Source of the DNA: an uncultured Bacilli bacterium
GTDB lineage: Bacteria > Bacillota_I > Bacilli_A > RF39 > UBA660
Assembly (NCBI GenBank): GCA_947626275.1
Contig: CANQRL010000005.1
Span: 18,992 to 82,991 of the forward strand
Reading direction: 5' to 3'
Length of the DNA stretch: 64,000 nt
Shown here: piece after piece, positions 19,766 to 28,787 of the stretch
Position numbering within the stretch: position 1 is the stretch's first letter
Layout: each line of letters starts with the position of its first letter
Position numbers and translations under genes: made by a program
Notes under the pieces: generated by a model
Seen by the model: the letters and a program-made list of their open reading frames with translations, nothing else
The model's database searches: none
Told to the model about the DNA's origin: nothing

Positions 19766-20776
19766 TTATTTGTATAAAAATTGGATACTGCCACCATTTT
19801 CCTGAAAAGAAAGAATTCCATATCCTCCGTTAATAATTGTCATTCTAGGAGGAATATGACCAAAATCCATATCATAGATGACAGGTACTCCTAAGTCCTT
19901 TAGACTATCTTCTAACGTTTCGTGAAAACTAATGTCATAGAAACTAGAATCCGTCGCACTTCTTCCTAACAGAATGGCTTTGGTATGACGGAACCATCCA
20001 CAAACCTTAAACTTCCAAAAAACACGGACTAAATCTTCGTTTGTTAGATCACAGTTATCAAAGAACCAAATAATCCCTTCGTCTTTGTATTTTTCAATAA
20101 AGTTAGCGGTATAGTCAAAAGGTGTACCAGCAAGTTCTGCTAGAAGGTCAATACATCCTCCGATAAATCTTCCTTCTATTGTTGCCTTTTTAGTACCTAA
20201 GCTTTTCCATTCTACTGGGGTATCTAAGTGATAACCCTCTAGTCCAGTAACCGTTTCTAATTCTTCTTTTTCATATTGCGAAAAGGAATTTTGAACAATT
20301 TCTTTTCCCTTTAAAATATCAATATTATCTTGAATAGAAGAATGCCATGGTTCCATTCCAAAGGCAGCTACGTTATGACTATAAATGGTCGCGATATCTA
20401 ATTTCGTCGTTATGACAAATAGGATTCCAGTAGGATCAGAATACCCTTGAATCCATTTCGGATGTTTTGCTATTTTCGAAAAATCGATGTAGGGAAGCGT
20501 TTCCAAAAGAAAATCTCCTCCAGCGGCGATGATGATGGCATCTATCTTTTCATCTTCTACTAGCTGATGAAATTCTTCGGCTCTTCTTTTCGCATGACTA
20601 CTTCTTCCTTTTTGACCCGTACGAACATTTTCTGTCTCTACTAAAGAAAATCCCACTTCTTCTAATTTTTTATGAGCATTATCTAATCTGTTTTGTTTAT
20701 AGGAATCGATAATTCCATCGGATAGAGCAGTTGTTCCAATGGTATTGGTTTCTTTTAAAAATTTTGGATATTTCAC
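19766..20776 (-). CDS. LD-carboxypeptidase, S66/MccF family
   Basis: GG, GYSDPT, GGC, DFGH..P. Confidence 0.9.
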   Translation of the reverse strand: MKYPKFLKETNTIGTTALSDGIIDSYKQNRLDNAHKKLEEVGFSLVETENVRTGQKGRSSHAKRRAEEFHQLVEDEKIDAIIIAAGGDFLLETLPYIDFSKIAKHPKWIQGYSDPTGILFVITTKLDIATIYSHNVAAFGMEPWHSSIQDNIDILKGKEIVQNSFSQYEKEELETVTGLEGYHLDTPVEWKSLGTKKATIEGRFIGGCIDLLAELAGTPFDYTANFIEKYKDEGIIWFFDNCDLTNEDLVRVFWKFKVCGWFRHTKAILLGRSATDSSFYDISFHETLEDSLKDLGVPVIYDMDFGHIPPRMTIINGGYGILSFQENGGSIQFLYK

Positions 20777-20803
20777 ATTCTCACCATGCTCATTATATCA
20801 CAC

Positions 20804-20928
20804 AAAAAGAAAAGGACAAAGTCCTTTTCAAGAGTAGTTAAGTGTTGTAGAATAAGTAAGGTTTATTTATCATTTATCTTTTCATAAATGATATAAGTGA
20901 TAAAGAGGAGTATACTTAATCACTTACA
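20804..20928 (-). ncRNA. Candidate small regulatory RNA with anti-SD loop
   Basis: TATAAT at 20934-20939, hairpin with TATACTCCT loop, second hairpin, terminator GAAAAGGAC-TTT-GTCCTTTTC-TTTTT. Confidence 0.6.
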
Positions 20929-20961
20929 CCTTCATTATATAGGTTAAATATAAAATATTTT

Positions 20962-20987
20962 TGTAAAAATTATTAAAAATTATTAAA
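20962..20987 (-). promoter_or_regulatory. Direct-repeat response-regulator box, copy 1
   Basis: TTTAATAATTTTTAATAATTTTTACA ending 22 nt upstream of TATAAT. Confidence 0.6.
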
Positions 20988-21230
20988 TTAGGCAACAGAA
21001 ATTTCATTGGCTAATCTTGAAATTTCTCTTACAGTTAAAACTTTTCCTTCACTTACTAATTGGTCGTTAATTAAAAGGCCAGGAATATTCTTAATTTGGT
21101 AAGCATCAATATCTTTTTTATCATCTAATACTTTTATATCAATATCAGCGAAATCGTCGGCAAACCGCGCTACCATCTTTTTAAGTTTTATACCATTGCT
21201 ACAATTAGAACCAATTATTTTTATAACCAT
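20988..21230 (-). CDS. Small thioredoxin-fold protein (MTH895-like) with CxxG motif
   Basis: IKIIGSNCSNG, IPGLLIND..V.EGKV; AGGTGA RBS before the ATG at 21230. Confidence 0.8.
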   Translation of the reverse strand: MVIKIIGSNCSNGIKLKKMVARFADDFADIDIKVLDDKKDIDAYQIKNIPGLLINDQLVSEGKVLTVREISRLANEISVA

Positions 21231-21283
21231 CCCATCACCTCTCTTTCTAGTTTCCATTATAGGGAACAAATATTAAAAGATGA

Positions 21284-21309
21284 TGTAAAAAATATTAAAA
21301 ATAATTAAA
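21284..21309 (-). promoter_or_regulatory. Direct-repeat response-regulator box, copy 2
   Basis: TTTAATTATTTTTAATATTTTTTACA ending 22 nt upstream of TATAAT (21256-21261). Confidence 0.6.
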
Positions 21310-21312
21310 AGT

Positions 21313-22578
21313 CTATTTGCGAATGGTAAAGATAACATCTAATCCTTTCTCTTTGTTGTTTCTAGCGTAGATATATCCTCCATGCGTTTCAACGATTTCC
21401 TTGCAAATGGAAAGTCCTAAACCCGATATTTTGCGTGATGGATCAGATGTGAATAATGGCTCAAAAATTTTATTTAAATCTTTTTCTGGTACCCCTTTTC
21501 CATTATCACTAATCGTAAATTCAAAATATTTGTCGATTTGTTTAACATGAATCACAATTTTTCCCTTTTTATCGAGAAAACGAACACTATTAGAGATAAT
21601 ATTACTAAACACTCTTTTTAGTTTTAAAATGTCTACTTCCATGATTTCGTCTTTGACTTCATTTTCAAAAACGAGCTTAATATTCTTTTCTCCTAATTCT
21701 TCTTTGTAGTCCTTACTTATTTGATTTAAAAATTCCCCAATTTCGATTTTTTCTCGTTTTAACGTGTCTTTGAGATTACAACTTAAGTAGTCATCAAATT
21801 CTTCTGTCAATTCTTTTAAGACGAGTGACTTATTATTAATCTTTTCGATGTAATCTTGCTTTTTCTCCTCGCTAATATTGGCTTTCAACAGTCTATCGGA
21901 ATATCCCATAATCGCCGTAAGAGGAGTTTTAATGTTATGAGAAATAGAAGCAATAATTCGATTCTGTTTTTCCTTTTCTTCTTCTAGGGCATCTACTAAG
22001 TCCACAAAGTTATTTTGAATGACATCGATTTCTGTCTTCCCATTTGTCCTACTCGGTTTAATTCCAAATTTGTAGTTTTTAATAGAACGTTGAACTTTTT
22101 CAATCGGAGAAATAATCCGTTGATTGGTCGATTCAAAAACAATTAAGATAATGATTAGGATAACAATAATCTCAAAGAGAATAAAGTTATTTAAAGCCGG
22201 AATATCGGCGGTATCGGTGTCTCGAAAAATCTTGACGAGATAGATCTGATTATCCCGTTGTAAGAAGGTCGTGACATAATAAATAGACTTATATTTCCAA
22301 ATATCAGGATTATTGTTAAAGATAACCTCCCCATTTGTATTTTCTAAGTAGATGGATAGATTTCTTTCTTTGGCAAATTGTTCAGAAGTTTGATACAAGT
22401 CTTTTTGACGATAGTTTTGAATTAACTCATCCATGTCCTTATTGAGTCTTTCATTATTATTTTCAATAGCGCTAGAAAGTTGTGGGATCAAGAAATAACG
22501 AAAGTATCCACCAATTAAGATAAAATTTAAAAAGAATACAAAAATGACGAGTAGGAGAGTGGCGTTTTTCATTTTCAT
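21313..22578 (-). CDS. HAMP-domain sensor histidine kinase
   Basis: Two TM helices, SHNIKTPLT H-box, NIISN, DNGKG, GLGLSI. Confidence 0.95.
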   Translation of the reverse strand: MKMKNATLLLVIFVFFLNFILIGGYFRYFLIPQLSSAIENNNERLNKDMDELIQNYRQKDLYQTSEQFAKERNLSIYLENTNGEVIFNNNPDIWKYKSIYYVTTFLQRDNQIYLVKIFRDTDTADIPALNNFILFEIIVILIIILIVFESTNQRIISPIEKVQRSIKNYKFGIKPSRTNGKTEIDVIQNNFVDLVDALEEEKEKQNRIIASISHNIKTPLTAIMGYSDRLLKANISEEKKQDYIEKINNKSLVLKELTEEFDDYLSCNLKDTLKREKIEIGEFLNQISKDYKEELGEKNIKLVFENEVKDEIMEVDILKLKRVFSNIISNSVRFLDKKGKIVIHVKQIDKYFEFTISDNGKGVPEKDLNKIFEPLFTSDPSRKISGLGLSICKEIVETHGGYIYARNNKEKGLDVIFTIRK

Positions 22579-22579
22579 G

Positions 22580-23257
22580 TTATTCGACCACCTTGATAAA
22601 TTTATAGCCTAATCCCCAAATCGTTTTAATATATTTTTCTTCAGGGTCTATTTTTTTTCGAATGCTTTTAATGTGAACAGCAACAGTTCCTATTTCTCCA
22701 TAATTACTTCCCCAAACGGCATCAAAAATTTGATCTTTGGATAAAGCAATACCCGCGTTGCTCATGAGGTAGGAGAGAAGTTCAAATTCTCTAGTTGAAA
22801 GTTCAACTCTCGTATCATTTTTAAAAACCTCAAAACTTTCTTTATTAATTTTAATTTCGCCAATACAAATGATATTTTTGTCGTTAGTACCAATTCTATT
22901 TTCTCTTCGAATGTGGGCTTTTACTCGCGCTACCAATTCTTCAATCGTAAATGGTTTCGTAATATAGTCGTCCGCCCCAATTTCAAATCCTAATAATTTA
23001 TCAAGCAACTGATTTTTCGCTGTGACAAAGATGATGGGACAAGAAACTTTATCGCGAATTTGATTGCATACTTCTGTTCCATTCATCTCTGGCATCATGA
23101 TATCTAAAATGATGAGATCAAAGGAATCTCGCAAAGCAATTTCGACAGCTTCTTTGCCATTACTCTTGATAACGGTTTCCATTCCTTCATCCGTTAAGAC
23201 ATCTGAGATGAGTTCGGCAATATCTTTTTCATCATCAACAATTAATATTTTTGGCAT
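22580..23257 (-). CDS. OmpR/PhoB-family response regulator
   Basis: IVDDE, LDIMMP, GADDYITKPF, winged helix with TIWGLGY. Confidence 0.95.
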   Translation of the reverse strand: MPKILIVDDEKDIAELISDVLTDEGMETVIKSNGKEAVEIALRDSFDLIILDIMMPEMNGTEVCNQIRDKVSCPIIFVTAKNQLLDKLLGFEIGADDYITKPFTIEELVARVKAHIRRENRIGTNDKNIICIGEIKINKESFEVFKNDTRVELSTREFELLSYLMSNAGIALSKDQIFDAVWGSNYGEIGTVAVHIKSIRKKIDPEEKYIKTIWGLGYKFIKVVE

Positions 23258-23355
23258 AGTATCCCTTCCTTAATTCTATTTTACCAAATCTGAATACGAG
23301 ACTCAATCAACACTTTCTTATGCCTTTATTATTTCACAGTTTTTTTAAAGATGTA

Positions 23356-23381
23356 TATAAAAAATATTAAAAATTATTAAA
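23356..23381 (-). promoter_or_regulatory. Direct-repeat response-regulator box, copy 3 (autoregulation)
   Basis: TTTAATAATTTTTAATATTTTTTATA ending 22 nt upstream of TG-n-AATAAT (23328-23333). Confidence 0.55.
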
Positions 23382-23464
23382 AAAGAAAGAAACCAGTTTT
23401 TCCTTCTTTAATAATCTATTTAAGTAATAAATTTAAAAAATAATCAATAGAATGTCAAGCCTTT

Positions 23465-24262
23465 TTAAGCAATAAAACGGAGGTAACTTCGGTCGTCAAA
23501 AGAGAGTAGCCCTTCTTGTAGACCCTTCATGGTTTTAAATGTTTTGTAGCAAAGGGGGTCTTCCTTTAAAACTTGTTTTAGGGCTGCTTCTGATTCTTCT
23601 AGAGTTTCCTTTAAAAAAGGGTAGCCATCTGATGCAAGGACGACTTCGTCTCCTTCTTGGATGGGAATTTCTTTGATTCTAGAAAAGTCTATATTACCGC
23701 CATTTAATAGGATATATCCGTAAGGAGATGTGTAATTATTATCTAAGACGTTTTGCCATCTCAAAAGGATATTAATATACTCTCTAGAATAGTCTTTTTT
23801 TAAGAGATCTTCTTCTGTAAACCCTTTTTCTTTCAATAGTTCAATAAAAAGAGCACGGGTTTCAGAGACGACTTGATCGACTTTTTTGGAATTGTCGTAG
23901 TAGATGCCATTCACCATACAAGCACAATCCCCACAGACCCACAGTTGATGATAGTGATTACTATAAAGGAGAATAGAAGCTCCTGGAATATCTTCTTTTT
24001 TACTACCTTCCTCTATCTGTTCTCGAATTGCTTTGTTTAATATGGTAAAGCATTCTTCTTTCGTCATTGTAGGCTTTAAAGTCGGTAGTGCCTCTAATAG
24101 GATATCTCTTGCGACTCTTCCCGTTTTTCTTCCATTATAAAGCTTAGTCCCTTTAGCGGTTACCCCATCTATGACAGCGATGAAATGGTCATTATAAAAA
24201 ATGGCATCTTCATTGGTTTCTTCGCTCTGTTTTCCCTGACAAAATTCTTCTATGATTTTCAT
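23465..24262 (-). CDS. PP2C/PPM-like phosphatase-fold protein
   Basis: NEDA, VIDG, GD, ASDG, DD motifs. Confidence 0.65.
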   Translation of the reverse strand: MKIIEEFCQGKQSEETNEDAIFYNDHFIAVIDGVTAKGTKLYNGRKTGRVARDILLEALPTLKPTMTKEECFTILNKAIREQIEEGSKKEDIPGASILLYSNHYHQLWVCGDCACMVNGIYYDNSKKVDQVVSETRALFIELLKEKGFTEEDLLKKDYSREYINILLRWQNVLDNNYTSPYGYILLNGGNIDFSRIKEIPIQEGDEVVLASDGYPFLKETLEESEAALKQVLKEDPLCYKTFKTMKGLQEGLLSFDDRSYLRFIA

Positions 24263-24303
24263 AACTTCACCGTATCTATTATACCAAAGAAAAAAAGCTA
24301 CTG

Positions 24304-25068
24304 CTAGCTTTTTTGTTTTCGTTTTGGAATGAAATATTTGACACTGGAGTCTTTTCCCAAGGAATAGAAGTATCCAAACAAGGAGAAAAAGAATGCCCCA
24401 ATAAAGTTGACGAATAAGTCTTCCATGGTATCATTAAGACCAATATCAATATATCCACCATATAGCTTTTTCCAGTCTTGCCCATTTACCGTTAAGGATT
24501 CAATTGGCACGGAGACAACCTCATTTTTTCCCTTCTCGTTTAAAGTTACGCTATGGATTTCTTGAATGATGGTATCTTTCTGCATATCTTTTCCAAGAAG
24601 CCTGTCGGCGCCGTATTCAAAGAATTCCCAAAATACGCCAATGGTCATAGAAAAGCATAGAGAAACAATCGCGATGTAAAGAGGAGAAAGGGACACTTTA
24701 GTACTGTTTCGATTTAAAATTTCAACGAGGGAAAATCCAATCCCTGCCATAATAAACCCATTAGTGGTATGAAGAATGAGATCCCAATCTTTAAAGTGGA
24801 TATAGAATTCGTTAATCTCTCCTAAAATTTCGGCTGCAAAAACGAAGAGAAGAATCACAATTTCTAAAGGATCGGGTAATTCAATATTTAATTTATCTTC
24901 AATGAAAGCTGGAATCGTAAATAAAATTAAGGTGAGTACGCAGAGGATGGCATTCGATAGATTGCCTTGCTCTACTTGTCGCATCATACAAAGAATAACG
25001 AGAATTCGTAGGATAATGTAAACCCAAGCCTTAAAACTAACTTTTCTTTTTAAATTTTTCCATTTCAT
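24304..25068 (-). CDS. Membrane protein (DUF2238-like)
   Basis: WDLILH, WEFFEY..D, DTMEDL; multiple TM helices. Confidence 0.7.
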   Translation of the reverse strand: MKWKNLKRKVSFKAWVYIILRILVILCMMRQVEQGNLSNAILCVLTLILFTIPAFIEDKLNIELPDPLEIVILLFVFAAEILGEINEFYIHFKDWDLILHTTNGFIMAGIGFSLVEILNRNSTKVSLSPLYIAIVSLCFSMTIGVFWEFFEYGADRLLGKDMQKDTIIQEIHSVTLNEKGKNEVVSVPIESLTVNGQDWKKLYGGYIDIGLNDTMEDLFVNFIGAFFFSLFGYFYSLGKDSSVKYFIPKRKQKS

Positions 25069-25185
25069 ATATTTACTCCTATCGACATTATATCACAGAA
25101 GAAGTGTAAACTCCTAGTTTTTTCTGGCGTAGATTGAAGTGAATGGAAAAAAAGCATGGTATAATGATGCTAGAAAGGGGTATTC

Positions 25186-26604
25186 ATGAATACGGAAAAA
25201 TTAGAGGAACTAGCGATGGCCAAAACGTATAATCCAGAAACACCTGATGAATTAGTAGAAGAAAAAAAAGAAGAGAATCCTACAATCAATCCTTTAGAAG
25301 GGGTTTCGGAAATTTTATCTCGTCATAAAAGAGATAAAAAATGGGAAAATATCTGTGAAAACGATTTCTCTTATTTGAAGGTAAAAGATGATTCTTGGTC
25401 ATGGCATCTCATTAAATTATTTAATGGTGCCTATGGAATGGTACTAGATTCAGAGTACATTTTAGAATATTCTTCCTCATTAGAAAATACAATCTTGTCT
25501 GGACAAGTTTCATTCCGCAAGGAAAAAGATTTTTTGCTAGAATATCGTTTCGCATCTTTCGAAGAATTTCAAAATCAAATGCGTGATTTAGATGTTGTCT
25601 TTCATTTGGTAGAGCAATTCGAAACAGAACGGGGACAGTTATTTTATGAATATGAGGAAGATGCTATTTACTGCTATCAAGAAGGATATATCTTTCGGCT
25701 TAGTGGCTACTCCCGAAATATCATAACGGAATATTTTCAAATGTATAGTCTCTTAATGAGTTTTACCAAACTTGTTCATTTCGAATATCAAGACAATAGT
25801 GTACTGAAATATGTTTATCTTCTTCAAAAACATGGGTTAGAATATCTCTATAAAGGCATTGACTTACGAAAAGAAGCTATTTTGTCATTGACGGAGAAGT
25901 ACAAAGATTTTTTAGATGTCGTTATCTTTTCTCTCGATAGTGGTCGTTATTTTGAAATATTGGATGCGGATTATTATATTGCTAAACGTAAAAAGACTTA
26001 TCAAAAAGAAGAATATTCACCGCTTTCTATTGAACATTCATCCAACTGGTGTTTTAAAGGAATGTTTCATTTAGGGTTACTGGGAATATATCAAGAAGGG
26101 GAACTAGAACAATATAATGAAATCTTTGAAAGTGAAGAATTAAGTGAGGTGGAAAAAAGAGAACTCTTGTTAAAAATAGTGGAGGAAAAAGAGCAAGAAT
26201 GCTTAGAAAAGAAAGACTATTTGACGAATCAATTTCTCATTTTTTACTTTCAAGAAACACTTTTAAATCCTATGGAAAGTTTTTATCGTGATCGGTGGAT
26301 GGATTTCTTAAAAGTAGAGAAATTACCTTTACAAGAGTTATCGATGGCATCTTTAGAACATTGGATACAAGAAAAAGCTTCCCAACTCACTCTCATTCCG
26401 AAAGAAAATTGGTTAGATAGTGAGGAATGGCACGAATTTTTTGAATATATTGATGTTCTTGCTTTACAGAGTAAAATCCATTCGGAATATCTGACGATTA
26501 CTCCTTCTTTCCTTCTGTTAGAGCTTTGCTTCTTTGAAAAGGAAAAGACATATATCATTACGGAAGACTATAGTATGATGGAGTGGATTTCCGTAAATTT
26601 TTAG
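25186..26604 (+). CDS. Hypothetical acidic protein
   Basis: 472-aa ORF with promoter and RBS; no recognised motif. Confidence 0.65.
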   Translation: MNTEKLEELAMAKTYNPETPDELVEEKKEENPTINPLEGVSEILSRHKRDKKWENICENDFSYLKVKDDSWSWHLIKLFNGAYGMVLDSEYILEYSSSLENTILSGQVSFRKEKDFLLEYRFASFEEFQNQMRDLDVVFHLVEQFETERGQLFYEYEEDAIYCYQEGYIFRLSGYSRNIITEYFQMYSLLMSFTKLVHFEYQDNSVLKYVYLLQKHGLEYLYKGIDLRKEAILSLTEKYKDFLDVVIFSLDSGRYFEILDADYYIAKRKKTYQKEEYSPLSIEHSSNWCFKGMFHLGLLGIYQEGELEQYNEIFESEELSEVEKRELLLKIVEEKEQECLEKKDYLTNQFLIFYFQETLLNPMESFYRDRWMDFLKVEKLPLQELSMASLEHWIQEKASQLTLIPKENWLDSEEWHEFFEYIDVLALQSKIHSEYLTITPSFLLLELCFFEKEKTYIITEDYSMMEWISVNF

Positions 26605-28138
26605 ACTAAAGTCCGTTTTTTGACGGATTTTTTTCTTTGCTAGATTTAATGCCGTTTTTAGAAGATAAAACGGAAATAAGGTTGATAAAAGTAAGAGAAA
26701 AGATAAGCAAATTGTTAAATTTTTCCACGGCGAAAATAACAGACCAATGTCCGTTTTTTAAACTTATTGCCGTTTTTTTGTTTCTATGCGGAATTTTATT
26801 TTTTTAGTAACAAATAAAGATGAACTTTATTTGTTTAACTATTATAAAATAGTATTATGTTGTCAATGATTAAAATGAACTCACTTACGTTCGTCATTGA
26901 CAACATCAAATATTTTGAAGAATAAATCTTCACCATAAACAGTCTTAAAAGCTTCTTTAGGAGTAAAACCATCTAAAGATTTAATTGGTGTATTAAGTAA
27001 AGTTATATTTTTATTTAAAACATCTTGTTTGGACAAATAATCAACTGATTTCCCTTTTGGAAAAAATTTTCTTATTTGTTTATTGATATTTTCCACATTT
27101 GGTTTTTGATTAGATACATAAGGATCACAAAAGAATAATTTACATCTTTCTTCTCCTGTAATTTTAGAAAAACAAATGCCCTCAATATCAGTAAAACAAG
27201 GATCTCTATCTATTAATATAATCGGTATTAATTCCATAAAATTTTCAGTTCCAATTTTTTTCTCTAATTCATCAAAAAACTCAGCAACTTTATGAGAATT
27301 AGGGTTTGTTATTATATCTAATAGGGTGAAGTGGACTTCTGGTAAGATAAATGATAAAATATTTTTACTATCTGTTTTGATGGCTCCTAGGAAATCTAGT
27401 TGCCACACGTTTACATTGGGATTTTTATGAACGTATGACAGATAGTCTAGATAGGTATGACCAGTTCTATCAATTTCATTGTTAGAATAGTCATACTTTT
27501 TATTATGTTTTCTCTTCTTGTATTTAACTGCATAAGGTAAATCAATTCTTTTAGTAGTAAGATATCCCTTATTGATATATCTATAAAGAGTAGTAATAGA
27601 TTTATCAATTTTATCGTTATTTTCAATTTTTATTTGATAGATAGATTTTTTATAATCCATTCCCTTTTTAATAATAGAATCTAGTTGATTAAACTCTTCA
27701 GAATCAATATCAATTCCTTTTCTAGAATTAATCAAATTAGCATCAGCTTTATTTTGCGCTTGTTGGGCATCATATTTAAACTTAATATAATGGCAATTAT
27801 TAGAATATCGTAATTTACATTTGGTACAAACTAAGGGCCATCTATCAAGTTTAGGACACTCAGGTTTAGTATCTAAAGAATAATCAACTGGTATTCTATT
27901 TCTCCTAACTTCTCTTGATATACTTCTAGGATCAAGAGAAAGTCTTTCACTAATTTCAATTAATTTGTCATTATGAGCAATACCTGATGAAATAACTTTC
28001 CTTTGCTCTAAATTTATATGTTTCCATGTTTTCATTTAAAATCCCTCCTACACCTGCATAGAAACATAATATATTATACTATAATCAGACTTAATGCCGT
28101 TATTTTATTAAAAACGGACTTCCAAATGAAAATTAGCA
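26592..28138 (-). mobile_element. IS30-family insertion sequence (approximate ends)
   Basis: Imperfect ~27-bp terminal inverted repeats sharing AATTTT and AAGTCCGTTTTT; AT-richer than flanks; no target duplication seen. Confidence 0.6.
26881..28035 (-). CDS. IS30-family DDE transposase
   Basis: N-terminal HTH (SISREVRRN), TLYRYI, WQLD, ILID, QKPNVEN.N..IR.FFPKG. Confidence 0.9.
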   Translation of the reverse strand: MKTWKHINLEQRKVISSGIAHNDKLIEISERLSLDPRSISREVRRNRIPVDYSLDTKPECPKLDRWPLVCTKCKLRYSNNCHYIKFKYDAQQAQNKADANLINSRKGIDIDSEEFNQLDSIIKKGMDYKKSIYQIKIENNDKIDKSITTLYRYINKGYLTTKRIDLPYAVKYKKRKHNKKYDYSNNEIDRTGHTYLDYLSYVHKNPNVNVWQLDFLGAIKTDSKNILSFILPEVHFTLLDIITNPNSHKVAEFFDELEKKIGTENFMELIPIILIDRDPCFTDIEGICFSKITGEERCKLFFCDPYVSNQKPNVENINKQIRKFFPKGKSVDYLSKQDVLNKNITLLNTPIKSLDGFTPKEAFKTVYGEDLFFKIFDVVNDERK

Positions 28139-28201
28139 GATAATCACAGATTTCCTAAACGATTATTGTCAATTTTAGTCGTATATGATATAATGAATGT
28201 G

Positions 28202-28216
28202 TAGTAGTAACTACTA
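28202..28216. promoter_or_regulatory. Perfect 7-1-7 palindrome, putative Fur/PerR-family operator of rbr
   Basis: TAGTAGT-A-ACTACTA between TATAAT and the RBS. Confidence 0.5.
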
Positions 28217-28241
28217 TTTTTGATAGAATGGGAGGACAATT

Positions 28242-28781
28242 ATGGAATTAAAAGGATCAAAAACAGAACAAAATTTAATGACTGCTTTTGCAGGGGAAAG
28301 TCAAGCTAGAAATAAATATACTTACTATGCTTCTAAGGCCAAAAAAGAAGGATATGAGCAAATAGCAGCTATTTTTGAAGAGACCGCTAATAATGAAAAA
28401 GAACATGCTAAAATGTGGTTTAAACTATTACATGATGGAGATGTTCCTACTACGGCTGAAAATTTAGAGGATGCGGCTAATGGGGAAAACTATGAGTGGA
28501 CAGATATGTATGCTGAATTTGCCAAAGTAGCTCGTGAAGAAGGATTCGAAAGAATTGCGTTCTTATTTGAAGGAGTAGCTGCCATTGAAAAACAACATGA
28601 AGAAAGATATCGCAAGCTCCTTAATAATGTAGAACAAAAAATTGTATTCTCAAGTGATGGGGATGCTATTTGGGTATGTCGCAACTGTGGACATGTACAT
28701 GTTGGAAAAGAAGCTCCAAAGGTATGTCCAATTTGTGGTCATCCACAATCTTATTTTGAAAGAAAAAGTGAAAACTATTAA
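28242..28781 (+). CDS. rbr: Rubrerythrin
   Basis: [21 protein letters not shown] and CPICGH rubredoxin-like domain. Confidence 0.95.
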   Translation: MELKGSKTEQNLMTAFAGESQARNKYTYYASKAKKEGYEQIAAIFEETANNEKEHAKMWFKLLHDGDVPTTAENLEDAANGENYEWTDMYAEFAKVAREEGFERIAFLFEGVAAIEKQHEERYRKLLNNVEQKIVFSSDGDAIWVCRNCGHVHVGKEAPKVCPICGHPQSYFERKSENY

Positions 28782-28787
28782 GAGTTT

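Noticed and set aside
26603-26777. CRISPR array interpretation of the repeats near the IS
   Set aside because: Repeats are short, degenerate and irregularly spaced, recur at the other IS end, and no cas genes are present.
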